Of a stretch of 35,374 nt of DNA, positions 24,517 through 33,804 are shown one piece after another (the stretch's first letter is position 1; every line of letters starts with the position of its first letter). The stretch is from positions 1-35,374 of IMG/VR virus record IMGVR_UViG_3300012979_000001. The stretch is one strand, 5' to 3'. Position numbers and translations under genes: made by a program. The stretch is from a virus. Taxonomy: Duplodnaviria > Heunggongvirae > Uroviricota > Caudoviricetes. The notes beneath the pieces are model-generated. The model was not told where the DNA came from and ran no database searches. It worked only from the letters and a program-made list of their open reading frames with translations.

Positions 24517-25122
24517 TTAATATGATATATAAACATACATATCATTTAATTTCAATATATTTTTTTGTTCTGTCAAATTAAAACCATTTTTTATAATTCC
24601 TTGAATTCCGTCTAATATTTGTTCTACATCTTTTCCCTCTACAAATAAATACTCTAACATCTGTCTTTCATTTTTAAATAATTTGATAATTATTTTTTGT
24701 TCTTCTGCCAATTTTAAAAAATCTTTTATTCTTTTTATTTTATCCTCTTTATTATATAATAATAATGCTTTTGTTTCATCTTCACAAGTATTTTGAATAT
24801 AAAAATTATAAATTGTTTCTGCAACACTTACATCTACTATTTCATTATCTATTTCAAATATATCCTTGTTTGGAACAAATCTAATATTTCCTAAAAAATT
24901 AACAATATCATTTAACATATATAAATCTGCATAACCTAACATTTTAGGACTACCTGCATCTCCATAATCTCCATTTAATGCCTTTACTACTCTTTCTAAT
25001 TCTTTTCTTGCTAAACTTTTCCAATTATTCAAATCAACATATTTAAAATTTTTTGTTTTTTCTCCAAATATTGCCCTCTCAACTTTTTTAATATCAACTT
25101 CTAGTTCTAATTTTTCTTCCAT
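24517..25122 (-). CDS. hypothetical protein
   Basis: GGAGG RBS. Confidence 0.85.
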   Translation of the reverse strand: MEEKLELEVDIKKVERAIFGEKTKNFKYVDLNNWKSLARKELERVVKALNGDYGDAGSPKMLGYADLYMLNDIVNFLGNIRFVPNKDIFEIDNEIVDVSVAETIYNFYIQNTCEDETKALLLYNKEDKIKRIKDFLKLAEEQKIIIKLFKNERQMLEYLFVEGKDVEQILDGIQGIIKNGFNLTEQKNILKLNDMYVYISY

Positions 25123-25123
25123 A

Positions 25124-25483
25124 TTACACCTCCAAAAATCCTTTTAACATATCATAACATTCAATAGTATCAATATCCATATCATAATATTCTTTTATCA
25201 TTTTTGATTGAATTTCTTTATCTGCAACCATTCTTAAAACTTCCAATATATCTTCTTTATCATATAACAAAGAATTATCTTGAATTTCTTTCAATCTGCT
25301 TAATACATCTTCATTTAAAATTGTATCGTTATCTTCTCCATTCATTACTCTTAAATTATCTCTTAACTTATCTAATAGAGTATCAATTTCATCTTCATTT
25401 AAAGGCTCTGTACTTCCCTCTGTAAATCTTAATTGTATCTTATATAATTCATCTGCATATTCTAAATTTTTAAATTCTTTCAT
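25124..25483 (-). CDS. acidic hypothetical protein
   Basis: AGGAGG RBS. Confidence 0.85.
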   Translation of the reverse strand: MKEFKNLEYADELYKIQLRFTEGSTEPLNEDEIDTLLDKLRDNLRVMNGEDNDTILNEDVLSRLKEIQDNSLLYDKEDILEVLRMVADKEIQSKMIKEYYDMDIDTIECYDMLKGFLEV

Positions 25484-25505
25484 ATTATTTCCTCCTATTA
25501 ACTAT

Positions 25506-25534
25506 ATTATACCATACTTTTTATAATTTGTCAA
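25506..25534 (-). promoter_or_regulatory. SigA consensus promoter
   Basis: TTGACA-17-TATAAT, extended -10. Confidence 0.9.
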
Positions 25535-25548
25535 TAGAATTGTAAAAT

Positions 25549-26193
25549 TTAATAACTAAATTTTACAATTCTTCCGTCATTTAATTCATAATATTCATCA
25601 TTATCTAATAAATCATTTCCCCAAGTTTCATAATCAAAATATCTTTCTGCCATATCATTTGCAATTACACCATAACTCATTGCCGTTTCTTCTGCAAATT
25701 CATCAAAATCATCGAATATATAAGAAATTGTTGCTCTATCTCTATAATCTAGTCCATAATTATCCCATATATCATCAATTTCTTCTTCTGTTAAGTTATA
25801 TTCATTTGCCAACCATTCCTTTTCTTCTTGCATTACTTCTTCAAATAATTTTTGATTTTCTTCACTTAATAATTTATCAATAATATTTTGAATTCCTTGT
25901 TTTATTTCCAATCCTTTGTTGTATCTTTCACTATTTTCTTCAATACCATAACCTAGTTCTGTTATTTCATCATTTAACTTCCATAATTCATTTAATTCTT
26001 CTTCTGTCAATATTGTTTTAAAATTTTTGTAGTCTACTTTTTGCAACTCTTTTTCAAATCCACTAAAACAAGCACCCGAAATTCTTACACTTGCAAAATA
26101 ATGTCCACATTCAAATCTTCCACTAGATAAATCTAAATATTTTACACAATCATTATCATTGTCATTTACTTTTAATAAAAATACATATTTCAT
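25549..26193 (-). CDS. acidic protein with ArdA-like C-terminal domain (putative DNA-mimic antirestriction protein)
   Basis: C-terminal RYFDYETWGNDLLDNDEYYELNDGRIV resembles the ArdA YxDYExxGRDL motif; strongly acidic. Confidence 0.6.
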   Translation of the reverse strand: MKYVFLLKVNDNDNDCVKYLDLSSGRFECGHYFASVRISGACFSGFEKELQKVDYKNFKTILTEEELNELWKLNDEITELGYGIEENSERYNKGLEIKQGIQNIIDKLLSEENQKLFEEVMQEEKEWLANEYNLTEEEIDDIWDNYGLDYRDRATISYIFDDFDEFAEETAMSYGVIANDMAERYFDYETWGNDLLDNDEYYELNDGRIVKFSY

Positions 26194-26212
26194 TATTCTT
26201 CCCTCTACTTTC

Positions 26213-26464
26213 TTATATTATGTTACTAGAAATAAAATCTAATACTTCTTGAATATTTGTAAAACCAATTTGTTCTTCTTCTTCATTTACTTCATAAACA
26301 CTATTAAAAATTCCTATACTATTTCCATTCTCAAAATATATTGCAATATAAGTGTCATCATAAGGTACATTTCCTATAAAGCAATCCATTTTAATACTTT
26401 CTATTTCTTTTTTATGTTTTTCACAATATGTCAAAATTTCAATTATATTATTTAACTTATCCAT
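26213..26464 (-). CDS. hypothetical protein
   Basis: GAGGG RBS. Confidence 0.8.
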   Translation of the reverse strand: MDKLNNIIEILTYCEKHKKEIESIKMDCFIGNVPYDDTYIAIYFENGNSIGIFNSVYEVNEEEEQIGFTNIQEVLDFISSNII

Positions 26465-26467
26465 AAA

Positions 26468-26806
26468 TTACCCTCTTCTTTCTTCAATCTTATCAATAAG
26501 TTGATATAATTTATTTTCTGTTATCAATTTTGGCTCTGTAAAATAACTTATTCTATCATCAAATATTTGTATTAGAGGACTTTCTAAATCATTATAAAAT
26601 TTAATAAAATATCCAACTCCTCCTCTGTTGCATTTTAATATATCATAAATTTCACTACATAAGCTATATTCATAACAATATAGTTCTATTCCTTGTCTGT
26701 CATTCTCTTTTATTGCCCTATCCAATTTTTTAATTATTAAGTCTAAATCTTTTCTACATTTTTCTAAAAATTCTCCAAGTTTATTTTTTGTTTCATCAAA
26801 ATTCAT
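26468..26806 (-). CDS. hypothetical protein
   Basis: ATG 26806 after GGAGG. Confidence 0.8.
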   Translation of the reverse strand: MNFDETKNKLGEFLEKCRKDLDLIIKKLDRAIKENDRQGIELYCYEYSLCSEIYDILKCNRGGVGYFIKFYNDLESPLIQIFDDRISYFTEPKLITENKLYQLIDKIEERRG

Positions 26807-26832
26807 AATTACTTCCTCCATTCTTTGTATAT

Positions 26833-26861
26833 ATTATATCACACTTTTAGTTATTTGTCAA
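26833..26861 (-). promoter_or_regulatory. SigA consensus promoter
   Basis: TTGACA-17-TATAAT, extended -10. Confidence 0.9.
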
Positions 26862-26906
26862 TAAAAAAATTAAATATTTTTTATTTTTTTTTACAAAAAC
26901 AACTTT

Positions 26907-27392
26907 TTACAAATTACTTATATCTAAATCTTCTAATTCTTCTTTATACCAATTTTTCATTTGTTTTAATTCATTAACCATAAAAATATATAACATTGTG
27001 CCTTTTGTAAATTCAAAACTATCTAAAAATCCCTCTACATCTGCAACATCTAAATAATCATTTACATTATTTACATACTCATATTGTTCTAATTTATTTT
27101 TATCATCAACTCTTTTTAACAATTCTAATTGAAACCAATTATTATCTCCTACCCAAAAATCTTCTAAATCATTTTCATCAACTTTTCCTAGAAAGTAATC
27201 TGTAATAATTTGTGGATATTCACTAGCACTATAAAATGTTTCTTTTCCTAAATTAACTCTTACTTCTCCTCTACACATCAAACTTAAATAATAATTTCCA
27301 ATTTCTAAACTTGCTACTTCTGTTCCACTATCAATTAGTAAACTATTTGCATTTACTTTTTCTAAATCTGCATTTATAATAAATCTAATCAC
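26907..27392 (-). CDS. acidic hypothetical protein (RGEVR...NNWF motif)
   Basis: GTG start after AAGGAGG. Confidence 0.85.
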   Translation of the reverse strand: MIRFIINADLEKVNANSLLIDSGTEVASLEIGNYYLSLMCRGEVRVNLGKETFYSASEYPQIITDYFLGKVDENDLEDFWVGDNNWFQLELLKRVDDKNKLEQYEYVNNVNDYLDVADVEGFLDSFEFTKGTMLYIFMVNELKQMKNWYKEELEDLDISNL

Positions 27393-27394
27393 AA

Positions 27395-27643
27395 TTATTG
27401 TACCTCCTTATATTTATTCTCCCATTTATTGAAATCTCCACCATATTGTCTTAAAATATATCTTTTTAATGATTTTACACCACTTTCAGCAAAACCTTTT
27501 AACATATAAATTTGACAAGGCTCTTTTACAATATCCCAAGAAATAGGGTTTTCCCACTTCATTACATTTTTTCCATTATATTGAATAATATATCCATTTT
27601 TATATTCTTCTATTGTAATATTGTTCTGTTTTGGCTCTATCAT
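27395..27643 (-). CDS. hypothetical protein
   Basis: AAGGAG RBS. Confidence 0.8.
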   Translation of the reverse strand: MIEPKQNNITIEEYKNGYIIQYNGKNVMKWENPISWDIVKEPCQIYMLKGFAESGVKSLKRYILRQYGGDFNKWENKYKEVQ

Positions 27644-27657
27644 TTTTTTTCTCCTTT

Positions 27658-27879
27658 TTATAAATTTCCTAAAATTATTTCATTTATTGTATTTGTCAAT
27701 TCATCACTTTCACACAATCTACTTGCAATATTATTTATTTCGTCAATAGACAATTCTTTTTCTTCTGCTATTGCTACACTTACAACTTCTCCTATCATTG
27801 CATTGTAAAAATGACTATTTAAACTATCTGCATAATTTTCCATTTCTTCAAAATTCATTTTTTTATCTGTATTTTCCAT
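27658..27879 (-). CDS. acidic hypothetical protein
   Basis: AGGAGG RBS. Confidence 0.8.
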   Translation of the reverse strand: MENTDKKMNFEEMENYADSLNSHFYNAMIGEVVSVAIAEEKELSIDEINNIASRLCESDELTNTINEIILGNL

Positions 27880-27888
27880 AACAACCTC

Positions 27889-28323
27889 CTAATAATATTT
27901 TTGTCTTTCTTCTTCGTCAAGTTCATCTAAATTTATATATTCAAATCCTAAATCTTCTAAAAATCCTTGTAAATCTTCTTCACTCAATTCATCTTTAAAT
28001 ATATCAAATAGTTCTCCATACATAAAACTATCTCCAAATTGTTCACAAATATAATTTTGTAAATCTTGCTCATCAACCATATCCATTATATCACTTGCAC
28101 ATCTTTCTAAATTAAAATGTTCATAAAACTTTTGTCTTAACCAAGATAAATTATTTGTTTCAACTTCATTACTTACATAAAATTCTTGATATTCATTGTC
28201 ATAGAATTCATAAATACTACAAGGACAACCCTCTTCGTGTTCTTCAAAATATTCCATAATATAATCATTGTATGCTTTTACAACTTTTACTAATTCATTT
28301 TTATTTAAACTAAATAATTCCAT
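27889..28323 (-). CDS. highly acidic hypothetical protein
   Basis: GAGG RBS; PxSIYEFYDNEY motif. Confidence 0.85.
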   Translation of the reverse strand: MELFSLNKNELVKVVKAYNDYIMEYFEEHEEGCPCSIYEFYDNEYQEFYVSNEVETNNLSWLRQKFYEHFNLERCASDIMDMVDEQDLQNYICEQFGDSFMYGELFDIFKDELSEEDLQGFLEDLGFEYINLDELDEEERQKYY

Positions 28324-28346
28324 ATTTTTTCCTCACTTTCAAACAC

Positions 28347-28375
28347 ATTATAACACATTTTTTATTATTTGTCAA
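28347..28375 (-). promoter_or_regulatory. SigA consensus promoter
   Basis: TTGACA-17-TATAAT, extended -10. Confidence 0.9.
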
Positions 28376-28393
28376 TAGTTTTTATAAAAATTT

Positions 28394-28459
28394 TTATATT
28401 CCTACAAAAATAGCAACTAACATTAAAATCATTTTCCATAAATCAATATTTTTTTTCAT
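28394..28459 (-). CDS. 21-aa hydrophobic micropeptide
   Basis: GGAGG 8 nt upstream of ATG; MKKNIDLWKMILMLVAIFVGI. Confidence 0.55.
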   Translation of the reverse strand: MKKNIDLWKMILMLVAIFVGI

Positions 28460-28475
28460 ACATTCTTCCTCCGTT

Positions 28476-28847
28476 TTATATTACATCATAACTCATATTA
28501 TGATTTTTTAAATATTCTTCTTTGTTTTTTAAAAACTTTTTATATTCCATTAAAACACATCTTTCAATTATTTTTAAATTGCTTTTACTACATTCAAGAA
28601 AATGTTTATTACCTAAATTATCTACATAAAACATTCCGTCATCTAATACATATAATTTTTCTTCATTATGCACATAATTATATTCTATTCCAAAACAATC
28701 TTTTGAATAATTTTCTTTGTCAATTTGTTTTGCTTGTTCTTCTAATTTATCATAATTAACTAATTTTAATTCAACTACTATATGACTTGTCATATCTTCT
28801 TCAAAGTCTGTAACTCTTTGAATTTCTCTCACTAAAATTAAACTCAT
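28476..28847 (-). CDS. hypothetical protein
   Basis: AGGAGG RBS. Confidence 0.85.
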   Translation of the reverse strand: MSLILVREIQRVTDFEEDMTSHIVVELKLVNYDKLEEQAKQIDKENYSKDCFGIEYNYVHNEEKLYVLDDGMFYVDNLGNKHFLECSKSNLKIIERCVLMEYKKFLKNKEEYLKNHNMSYDVI

Positions 28848-28856
28848 ATTGTCCTC

Positions 28857-29288
28857 CTAATCTTCTTTATAATATTCTAAAAAATCTTCAACACTATTAA
28901 ATCCAATGTTTTTCAGTCCATTTAAAAATATTTCTTCAAACATTTTTATTTCTTCTTCTGTATTTATTTCAATTTTTAATTCATATCCCATTTTCTTTAA
29001 CATATCTACTGCATTTTTACCACAATCTTCTACATCATAAAAACTCATTAAAAAGAAATATTTATTTTTTGTTGTGTTATATAAAACATAATAATTCCAA
29101 ACAATCATATCTAAATCTATATCTGTAAATTTGTATGGTACACAATTAAAATCATTTATATCAAAGTCATAATTATCTACTAAAAAATTTAAAACCAAAT
29201 TTTCTGTTGTTTCAAAAACATCTATATCTTCATATAAATCCAATCCTATTGTTCTTCCTTTAAAAAATCCATTACTTTTTATTTCCAT
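28857..29288 (-). CDS. acidic hypothetical protein
   Basis: AAGGAGG RBS. Confidence 0.85.
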   Translation of the reverse strand: MEIKSNGFFKGRTIGLDLYEDIDVFETTENLVLNFLVDNYDFDINDFNCVPYKFTDIDLDMIVWNYYVLYNTTKNKYFFLMSFYDVEDCGKNAVDMLKKMGYELKIEINTEEEIKMFEEIFLNGLKNIGFNSVEDFLEYYKED

Positions 29289-29298
29289 AGTATCCTCC

Positions 29299-29511
29299 TT
29301 AATCTATTCTTAAAAGTTCTCCATTGTCATTAAAATAAAATCTTCCTAAAAATTCCTCTTCATCTTCTCCCATATAAAAAACTTCTATTATTGTTTCTTC
29401 ATCTTCACTTTCTTCAACCATATCATATAAGTTTTTATCATCTCTTATATAATTGATAAATCTTTCAAAACTTTGTTTTGCTAATCTTTCTAAATTTTCT
29501 CTATATGTCAT
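29299..29511 (-). CDS. acidic hypothetical protein
   Basis: ATG 29511 after AAGGAGG. Confidence 0.8.
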   Translation of the reverse strand: MTYRENLERLAKQSFERFINYIRDDKNLYDMVEESEDEETIIEVFYMGEDEEEFLGRFYFNDNGELLRID

Positions 29512-29513
29512 AA

Positions 29514-30302
29514 CTAATTTTCCTCCTTGAATAAAATTTTTTCTCTTTCTAACCATTCTATTATCCATTTTATTTCTTGTTCACTTAATAAATTATATTC
29601 TTTTCCTATTTTGATATATTCGTTTACTTTCTTTTCTACATACTCTATATCTTCGTGTTCTTCTTCATCTGTATAAAAATCAATCATTCTATGAAAAACT
29701 CTTTCTATACATTGTCTTAATGTTCCTTTTTCTTCTGGTGTATTTCCAAAATATCCAACAAATTCTTCTGTTTGAATATCTAAAATATTATATAAATCTT
29801 TTGGATATTTTACCAATTGCCATTCATACCATTCACAAAAATCTAATAAAACTAATGCAAGTTCTTTGTCTTTTTCATCTAATTCTTTAAAGAAATTTGT
29901 TTCTTCATAGTCCATATTAAACAACTCTTCTTTATTTGTTGCCTTAATTAAATCTTCTACACTTAACATTTTTACTTCATTTTTATTATAATAATCTTCA
30001 AAACTACCAAATGTAAAACCTTTTCCCCATTGAAACTCAATATAAATCATTCCACTTATATCGTTTATTTTTGCTAAATGATAAAAATAATCATCACAAA
30101 AATCTTCTTCTCTAATATATTCTCTTTTTGCTTTTTCTTCTCTACTTCTTACATCACAACAATTTCTTTCAAAACTTTTAACATAATCTTGAAAACCTAG
30201 ATTTTCCATTAACACTAAAAAATTATATAAGTCATCTGTATATTTTTTTATTTTAACAACTGCATAATAACAACCACATAAAAACATTTCATAGTCTGTC
30301 AT
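29514..30302 (-). CDS. hypothetical protein (262 aa)
   Basis: GGAGGAG RBS. Confidence 0.85.
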   Translation of the reverse strand: MTDYEMFLCGCYYAVVKIKKYTDDLYNFLVLMENLGFQDYVKSFERNCCDVRSREEKAKREYIREEDFCDDYFYHLAKINDISGMIYIEFQWGKGFTFGSFEDYYNKNEVKMLSVEDLIKATNKEELFNMDYEETNFFKELDEKDKELALVLLDFCEWYEWQLVKYPKDLYNILDIQTEEFVGYFGNTPEEKGTLRQCIERVFHRMIDFYTDEEEHEDIEYVEKKVNEYIKIGKEYNLLSEQEIKWIIEWLEREKILFKEEN

Positions 30303-30304
30303 AA

Positions 30305-30973
30305 CTACTCCTCCTCTACCTCTTTAAATTCTCTAATGAATTCTTTTATTATTAACTCTATATCTTCATAAGAATTTCCTAAATCACTATTGTAATAAAT
30401 TGCAACTATTTCATCTACAAAATAACTAATGTCCTTATTTACAACTCTCCAATCTCCTATTGATATATTATTTTTTGTTTTTTCATTGTCTAAATATCTC
30501 ATTGTTTCTTGCAATAAAGATAATTCTGCAATCATAATATCATTTTGTGTTTCAATAAATTCTTTTTTTTGTTTTTGGAATTTTTCATTAACAAGTCTAA
30601 TCAGTTCATTTATAATACTAATTCTTTCAAATTCAATACCATATACTGCTACCCTATCTAACTTCTCTAAAACTAATTCATAATAGCAATTCCAATTTTC
30701 TTCTTTTCCATAAAATAATCTAATAATTTCTTTACCATTGTTTTGTACCAATTCTATTATTTTATTTGTTTCTAATGTTGTATTTTCATCAATAACAAAA
30801 TCTCTGTCAATTCCCTCTTTTATAAGTTTATTAACTTCTTTTTTCAAATCTTCTTCGTTTTTACAAATATATTCTTCTCCCAATTCATAATTTTCAGCAC
30901 AATCTCCATTTCCGTCTGTTCCACTTATTGTATCAACTAATTCTCCAAAATATTTAATATAAATTTTATACAT
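30305..30973 (-). CDS. hypothetical protein (222 aa)
   Basis: GGGAGG RBS. Confidence 0.85.
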   Translation of the reverse strand: MYKIYIKYFGELVDTISGTDGNGDCAENYELGEEYICKNEEDLKKEVNKLIKEGIDRDFVIDENTTLETNKIIELVQNNGKEIIRLFYGKEENWNCYYELVLEKLDRVAVYGIEFERISIINELIRLVNEKFQKQKKEFIETQNDIMIAELSLLQETMRYLDNEKTKNNISIGDWRVVNKDISYFVDEIVAIYYNSDLGNSYEDIELIIKEFIREFKEVEEE

Positions 30974-30985
30974 TATTAAACCTCC

Positions 30986-31204
30986 CTATATATCTTTATA
31001 CATATAATTATAAATAATTTCATACTCTCCCTCGTATTCTGCTCTTTCTTGTTCTCCGTCTATTGCCAAACAAACCCTATCTCTTCTATCACAATAGTCT
31101 AAATGTTCTTCAATTTGTTTTAATCTATCTTCAAGCATTTCATACTCTTCATCACTAATATCATTTATATCTTGTTCTAATATTTTTTTAATTTTATCTT
31201 CCAT
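30986..31204 (-). CDS. highly acidic small protein
   Basis: GAGG RBS. Confidence 0.8.
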   Translation of the reverse strand: MEDKIKKILEQDINDISDEEYEMLEDRLKQIEEHLDYCDRRDRVCLAIDGEQERAEYEGEYEIIYNYMYKDI

Positions 31205-31227
31205 TATTATTCCTCACTTTCATATAT

Positions 31228-31256
31228 ATTATACTATACTTTTTGTATTTTGTCAA
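31228..31256 (-). promoter_or_regulatory. SigA consensus promoter
   Basis: TTGACA-17-TATAAT. Confidence 0.9.
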
Positions 31257-31273
31257 TATTTTTTATAAAAATT

Positions 31274-31912
31274 TTAATTTTCTTCTTCAATTTGTTCTTC
31301 AATTTGTCTTATTACTTCTTCATCATTTATTCCAAAAATATGATAAATATAGTCATCTGTTTCTCTATCATAAACTTCTAAACATTCATCAAAAACAAAT
31401 GGTGTAATTTCATAAATTTTTCCTTTAACTTCTAAATCAAATGTCAATCCATTTTCACAACCTATATCTTGCATTACTTCTAAAAATTGTGTATCATACT
31501 TAAATTCTAAAACTATTTCATCTGTATAGTTTGCTCTAATATCTCCTCCAATATGAAACATTAAAACAACCCAATATCTATCATCATTTATTTTAAATGT
31601 TTCCCAATTAAAATCGTTTTGTGGGCGACCACAATGATTATAAGTATTATCTCCCCCAAAATCTTCAATACAATGTCCTTTTAAATAACTCGCAAAATTA
31701 TTATCGTACCAAGTATTATATTTTTCATCTCCACCTAAAAAATCATATATCTTTTTTGGTATTCCTACTTCGTACTCTTCTAAAACTTCACAAATTACAT
31801 CTGTCGGTACATAATATTTTAATTCTAAATCTTTTCTTTCTTCATTCCACCAATAGTCATTTTTTTCTTTTAAAAATTTTCTTATTTCTGCTAACTTCTT
31901 AATATTTTCCAT
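31274..31912 (-). CDS. phage hypothetical protein (NTYN...HxGGDIRxNYT motif)
   Basis: AGGAGG RBS. Confidence 0.85.
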   Translation of the reverse strand: MENIKKLAEIRKFLKEKNDYWWNEERKDLELKYYVPTDVICEVLEEYEVGIPKKIYDFLGGDEKYNTWYDNNFASYLKGHCIEDFGGDNTYNHCGRPQNDFNWETFKINDDRYWVVLMFHIGGDIRANYTDEIVLEFKYDTQFLEVMQDIGCENGLTFDLEVKGKIYEITPFVFDECLEVYDRETDDYIYHIFGINDEEVIRQIEEQIEEEN

Positions 31913-31922
31913 AAAAATCCTC

Positions 31923-32174
31923 CTATTTTAATTTATTTACTTCTATTGTGCAACAATTTCCAAATCCTGTGTTATCAAATAACACAACATCTTTCACATC
32001 AAACTTCTCTGTAATAGCTTTTCTTATATCGTCTAATGTCCATTCTCCCACCATTTCAGTTTTAATTCGTCTTATTTCATTTTCTACTTCTTCTACATTT
32101 ACACAATCATTAAAGAAGTATGCGTCATAATATCCGTCCATATCATCATAGACTAAAATTCTATTTATCCCCAT
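31923..32174 (-). CDS. hypothetical protein
   Basis: ATG 32174 after AAGGAGGAG. Confidence 0.8.
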   Translation of the reverse strand: MGINRILVYDDMDGYYDAYFFNDCVNVEEVENEIRRIKTEMVGEWTLDDIRKAITEKFDVKDVVLFDNTGFGNCCTIEVNKLK

Positions 32175-32220
32175 AGACTTCTCCTCCTTTTTAAAATTAT
32201 TATTTCCTTTTTCTAAACAC

Positions 32221-32249
32221 ATTATACTATACTTTTTGTTGTTTGTCAA
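32221..32249 (-). promoter_or_regulatory. SigA consensus promoter
   Basis: TTGACA-17-TATAAT. Confidence 0.9.
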
Positions 32250-32276
32250 TAGTTTTGTCAAAATTTTTTTAATTTC

Positions 32277-32558
32277 TTAAAAAAATTCTTCAATTCCTAT
32301 AAATTTATTGTCTATGTAGTCCAAAATTGTTGAGTTTTTAATAATTCCAACAATTTTGCCAAAATCAATTTTGCTCATCATTCCGTCAAAATCTCTTTCC
32401 ATAAAAAGTTTATTATAATATTTAATTGTTATATCTTTATTTGCTACTAATTCTTTTGCTCTATATACTATTTCTCCATTTTCTTTTTGTCTTGCTACTA
32501 AAATAAATTTATTATATAACTTACTATCATATTTTACTTGAAATATTGCTCTTTCCAT
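32277..32558 (-). CDS. hypothetical protein
   Basis: ATG 32558 after GGAGG. Confidence 0.8.
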   Translation of the reverse strand: MERAIFQVKYDSKLYNKFILVARQKENGEIVYRAKELVANKDITIKYYNKLFMERDFDGMMSKIDFGKIVGIIKNSTILDYIDNKFIGIEEFF

Positions 32559-32569
32559 AACTACCTCCA

Positions 32570-32821
32570 TTAAAATAAATTCATATATTCTTCATAATTC
32601 TCATTAAAAACTAAAACTTCATTTATTGTTATTTCATCTTTTACATCAATTACAATTTTTAACTCTTCTTGTTTTACAGAAATTTTGTGTCTATATTCTT
32701 CAATAATAACATTTTTTTGTCTTAATCTATTAACCAATTCGTTTCTTGTTTTACAATCCTCTATTATATCTTTCAATATTTCAAAATTGTCTTTTGCTTG
32801 TCTTATAATATTACTTAACAT
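32570..32821 (-). CDS. hypothetical protein
   Basis: GGAGGAG RBS; overlaps the HTH gene stop. Confidence 0.8.
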   Translation of the reverse strand: MLSNIIRQAKDNFEILKDIIEDCKTRNELVNRLRQKNVIIEEYRHKISVKQEELKIVIDVKDEITINEVLVFNENYEEYMNLF

Positions 32822-33198
32822 AAATTCTCCTCCTCTGCAACACTATCTAAACTTTTTCGTGCATTTTTTAAATACACTAATGTTTCTTCTGTTTCTAATA
32901 TTAGTAAATCTAATTCTTTTTTTTGTTTTTCAATTTTATCTTTTACTTTCTTTTTTAATTTTATATTTTGTTCTCTTCTTCGTTGTGGACTATCAACCAC
33001 AATATAGTTATTTTCTTTTAATTCTTTTTCTGTTACTTTTAATCTTTTAGCAAAATCAGTAATATATTTTTTCCCTATTCTTCTTCTATTCTGCTCAATT
33101 AAATTCAAATAAGATTGAGAAACACCAACTTCGTTTGCAAGTTGTGTTTGTGTTCTATTCACTTTATTTCTTTGTTCTCGTACATATTCTCCAATCAT
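32815..33198 (-). CDS. XRE-family helix-turn-helix transcriptional regulator with C-terminal coiled coil
   Basis: IGEYVREQR..TQTQLANEVGVSQSYLNLIEQN matches the HTH_3 pattern; ATG 33198 after GGAGG. Confidence 0.85.
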   Translation of the reverse strand: MIGEYVREQRNKVNRTQTQLANEVGVSQSYLNLIEQNRRRIGKKYITDFAKRLKVTEKELKENNYIVVDSPQRRREQNIKLKKKVKDKIEKQKKELDLLILETEETLVYLKNARKSLDSVAEEENLC

Positions 33199-33222
33199 AT
33201 TTACCTCCAATCTTATAAACAC

Positions 33223-33251
33223 TTTATATCATATTTTTATATATTTGTCAA
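33223..33251 (-). promoter_or_regulatory. SigA promoter (-10 variant)
   Basis: TTGACA-17-TATAAA, extended -10 TG. Confidence 0.8.
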
Positions 33252-33279
33252 TATATTTTGTAATAAAAAGAAAATCTTT

Positions 33280-33804
33280 TTATAGATTTTCTTTTCTTAT
33301 TTTGTCAAAATATAACTTTACTTCTGTTTTAAATTGTTTATCTTCAATAATTCTATCTAATCCTAAAACTCTTTCTGTATAAACAAATTCTTGTTTTGTT
33401 TTATTATAATATTCACAAAAAACAGTATTTGTAAATTCACTAGATTTAAAATTTAATATAAATTCACATTCTTCTTCGTTATGTGAAAAATATTTATCTA
33501 CAATAAATTGTCCTATTCTATTTTCTTTTGGACTATATATTTTTATATAATCTTCAAATACAATATCATTTAAACCTATTTCTTCAAATGTTCCAAGTTC
33601 AAAAAGATATAATTTATTATTTTTACTTTGTTTTATCCATTCTAAAATTGAAACTTCATCAGTAATTTGTAAAAATTTATCTCCTATTTCAATAAATAAA
33701 TTTCCTAAAATTCCTCTCTTAATTAAATCTCTTGATACAACAAAAACCTCTTTGTTTTCTGTTTCTTGTTTCCCTTTAAATGTTACACCAACATATCTAT
33801 TCAA
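33280..33804 (-). CDS. hypothetical protein
   Basis: TTG start after AGGAGGAG. Confidence 0.8.
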   Translation of the reverse strand: MNRYVGVTFKGKQETENKEVFVVSRDLIKRGILGNLFIEIGDKFLQITDEVSILEWIKQSKNNKLYLFELGTFEEIGLNDIVFEDYIKIYSPKENRIGQFIVDKYFSHNEEECEFILNFKSSEFTNTVFCEYYNKTKQEFVYTERVLGLDRIIEDKQFKTEVKLYFDKIRKENL

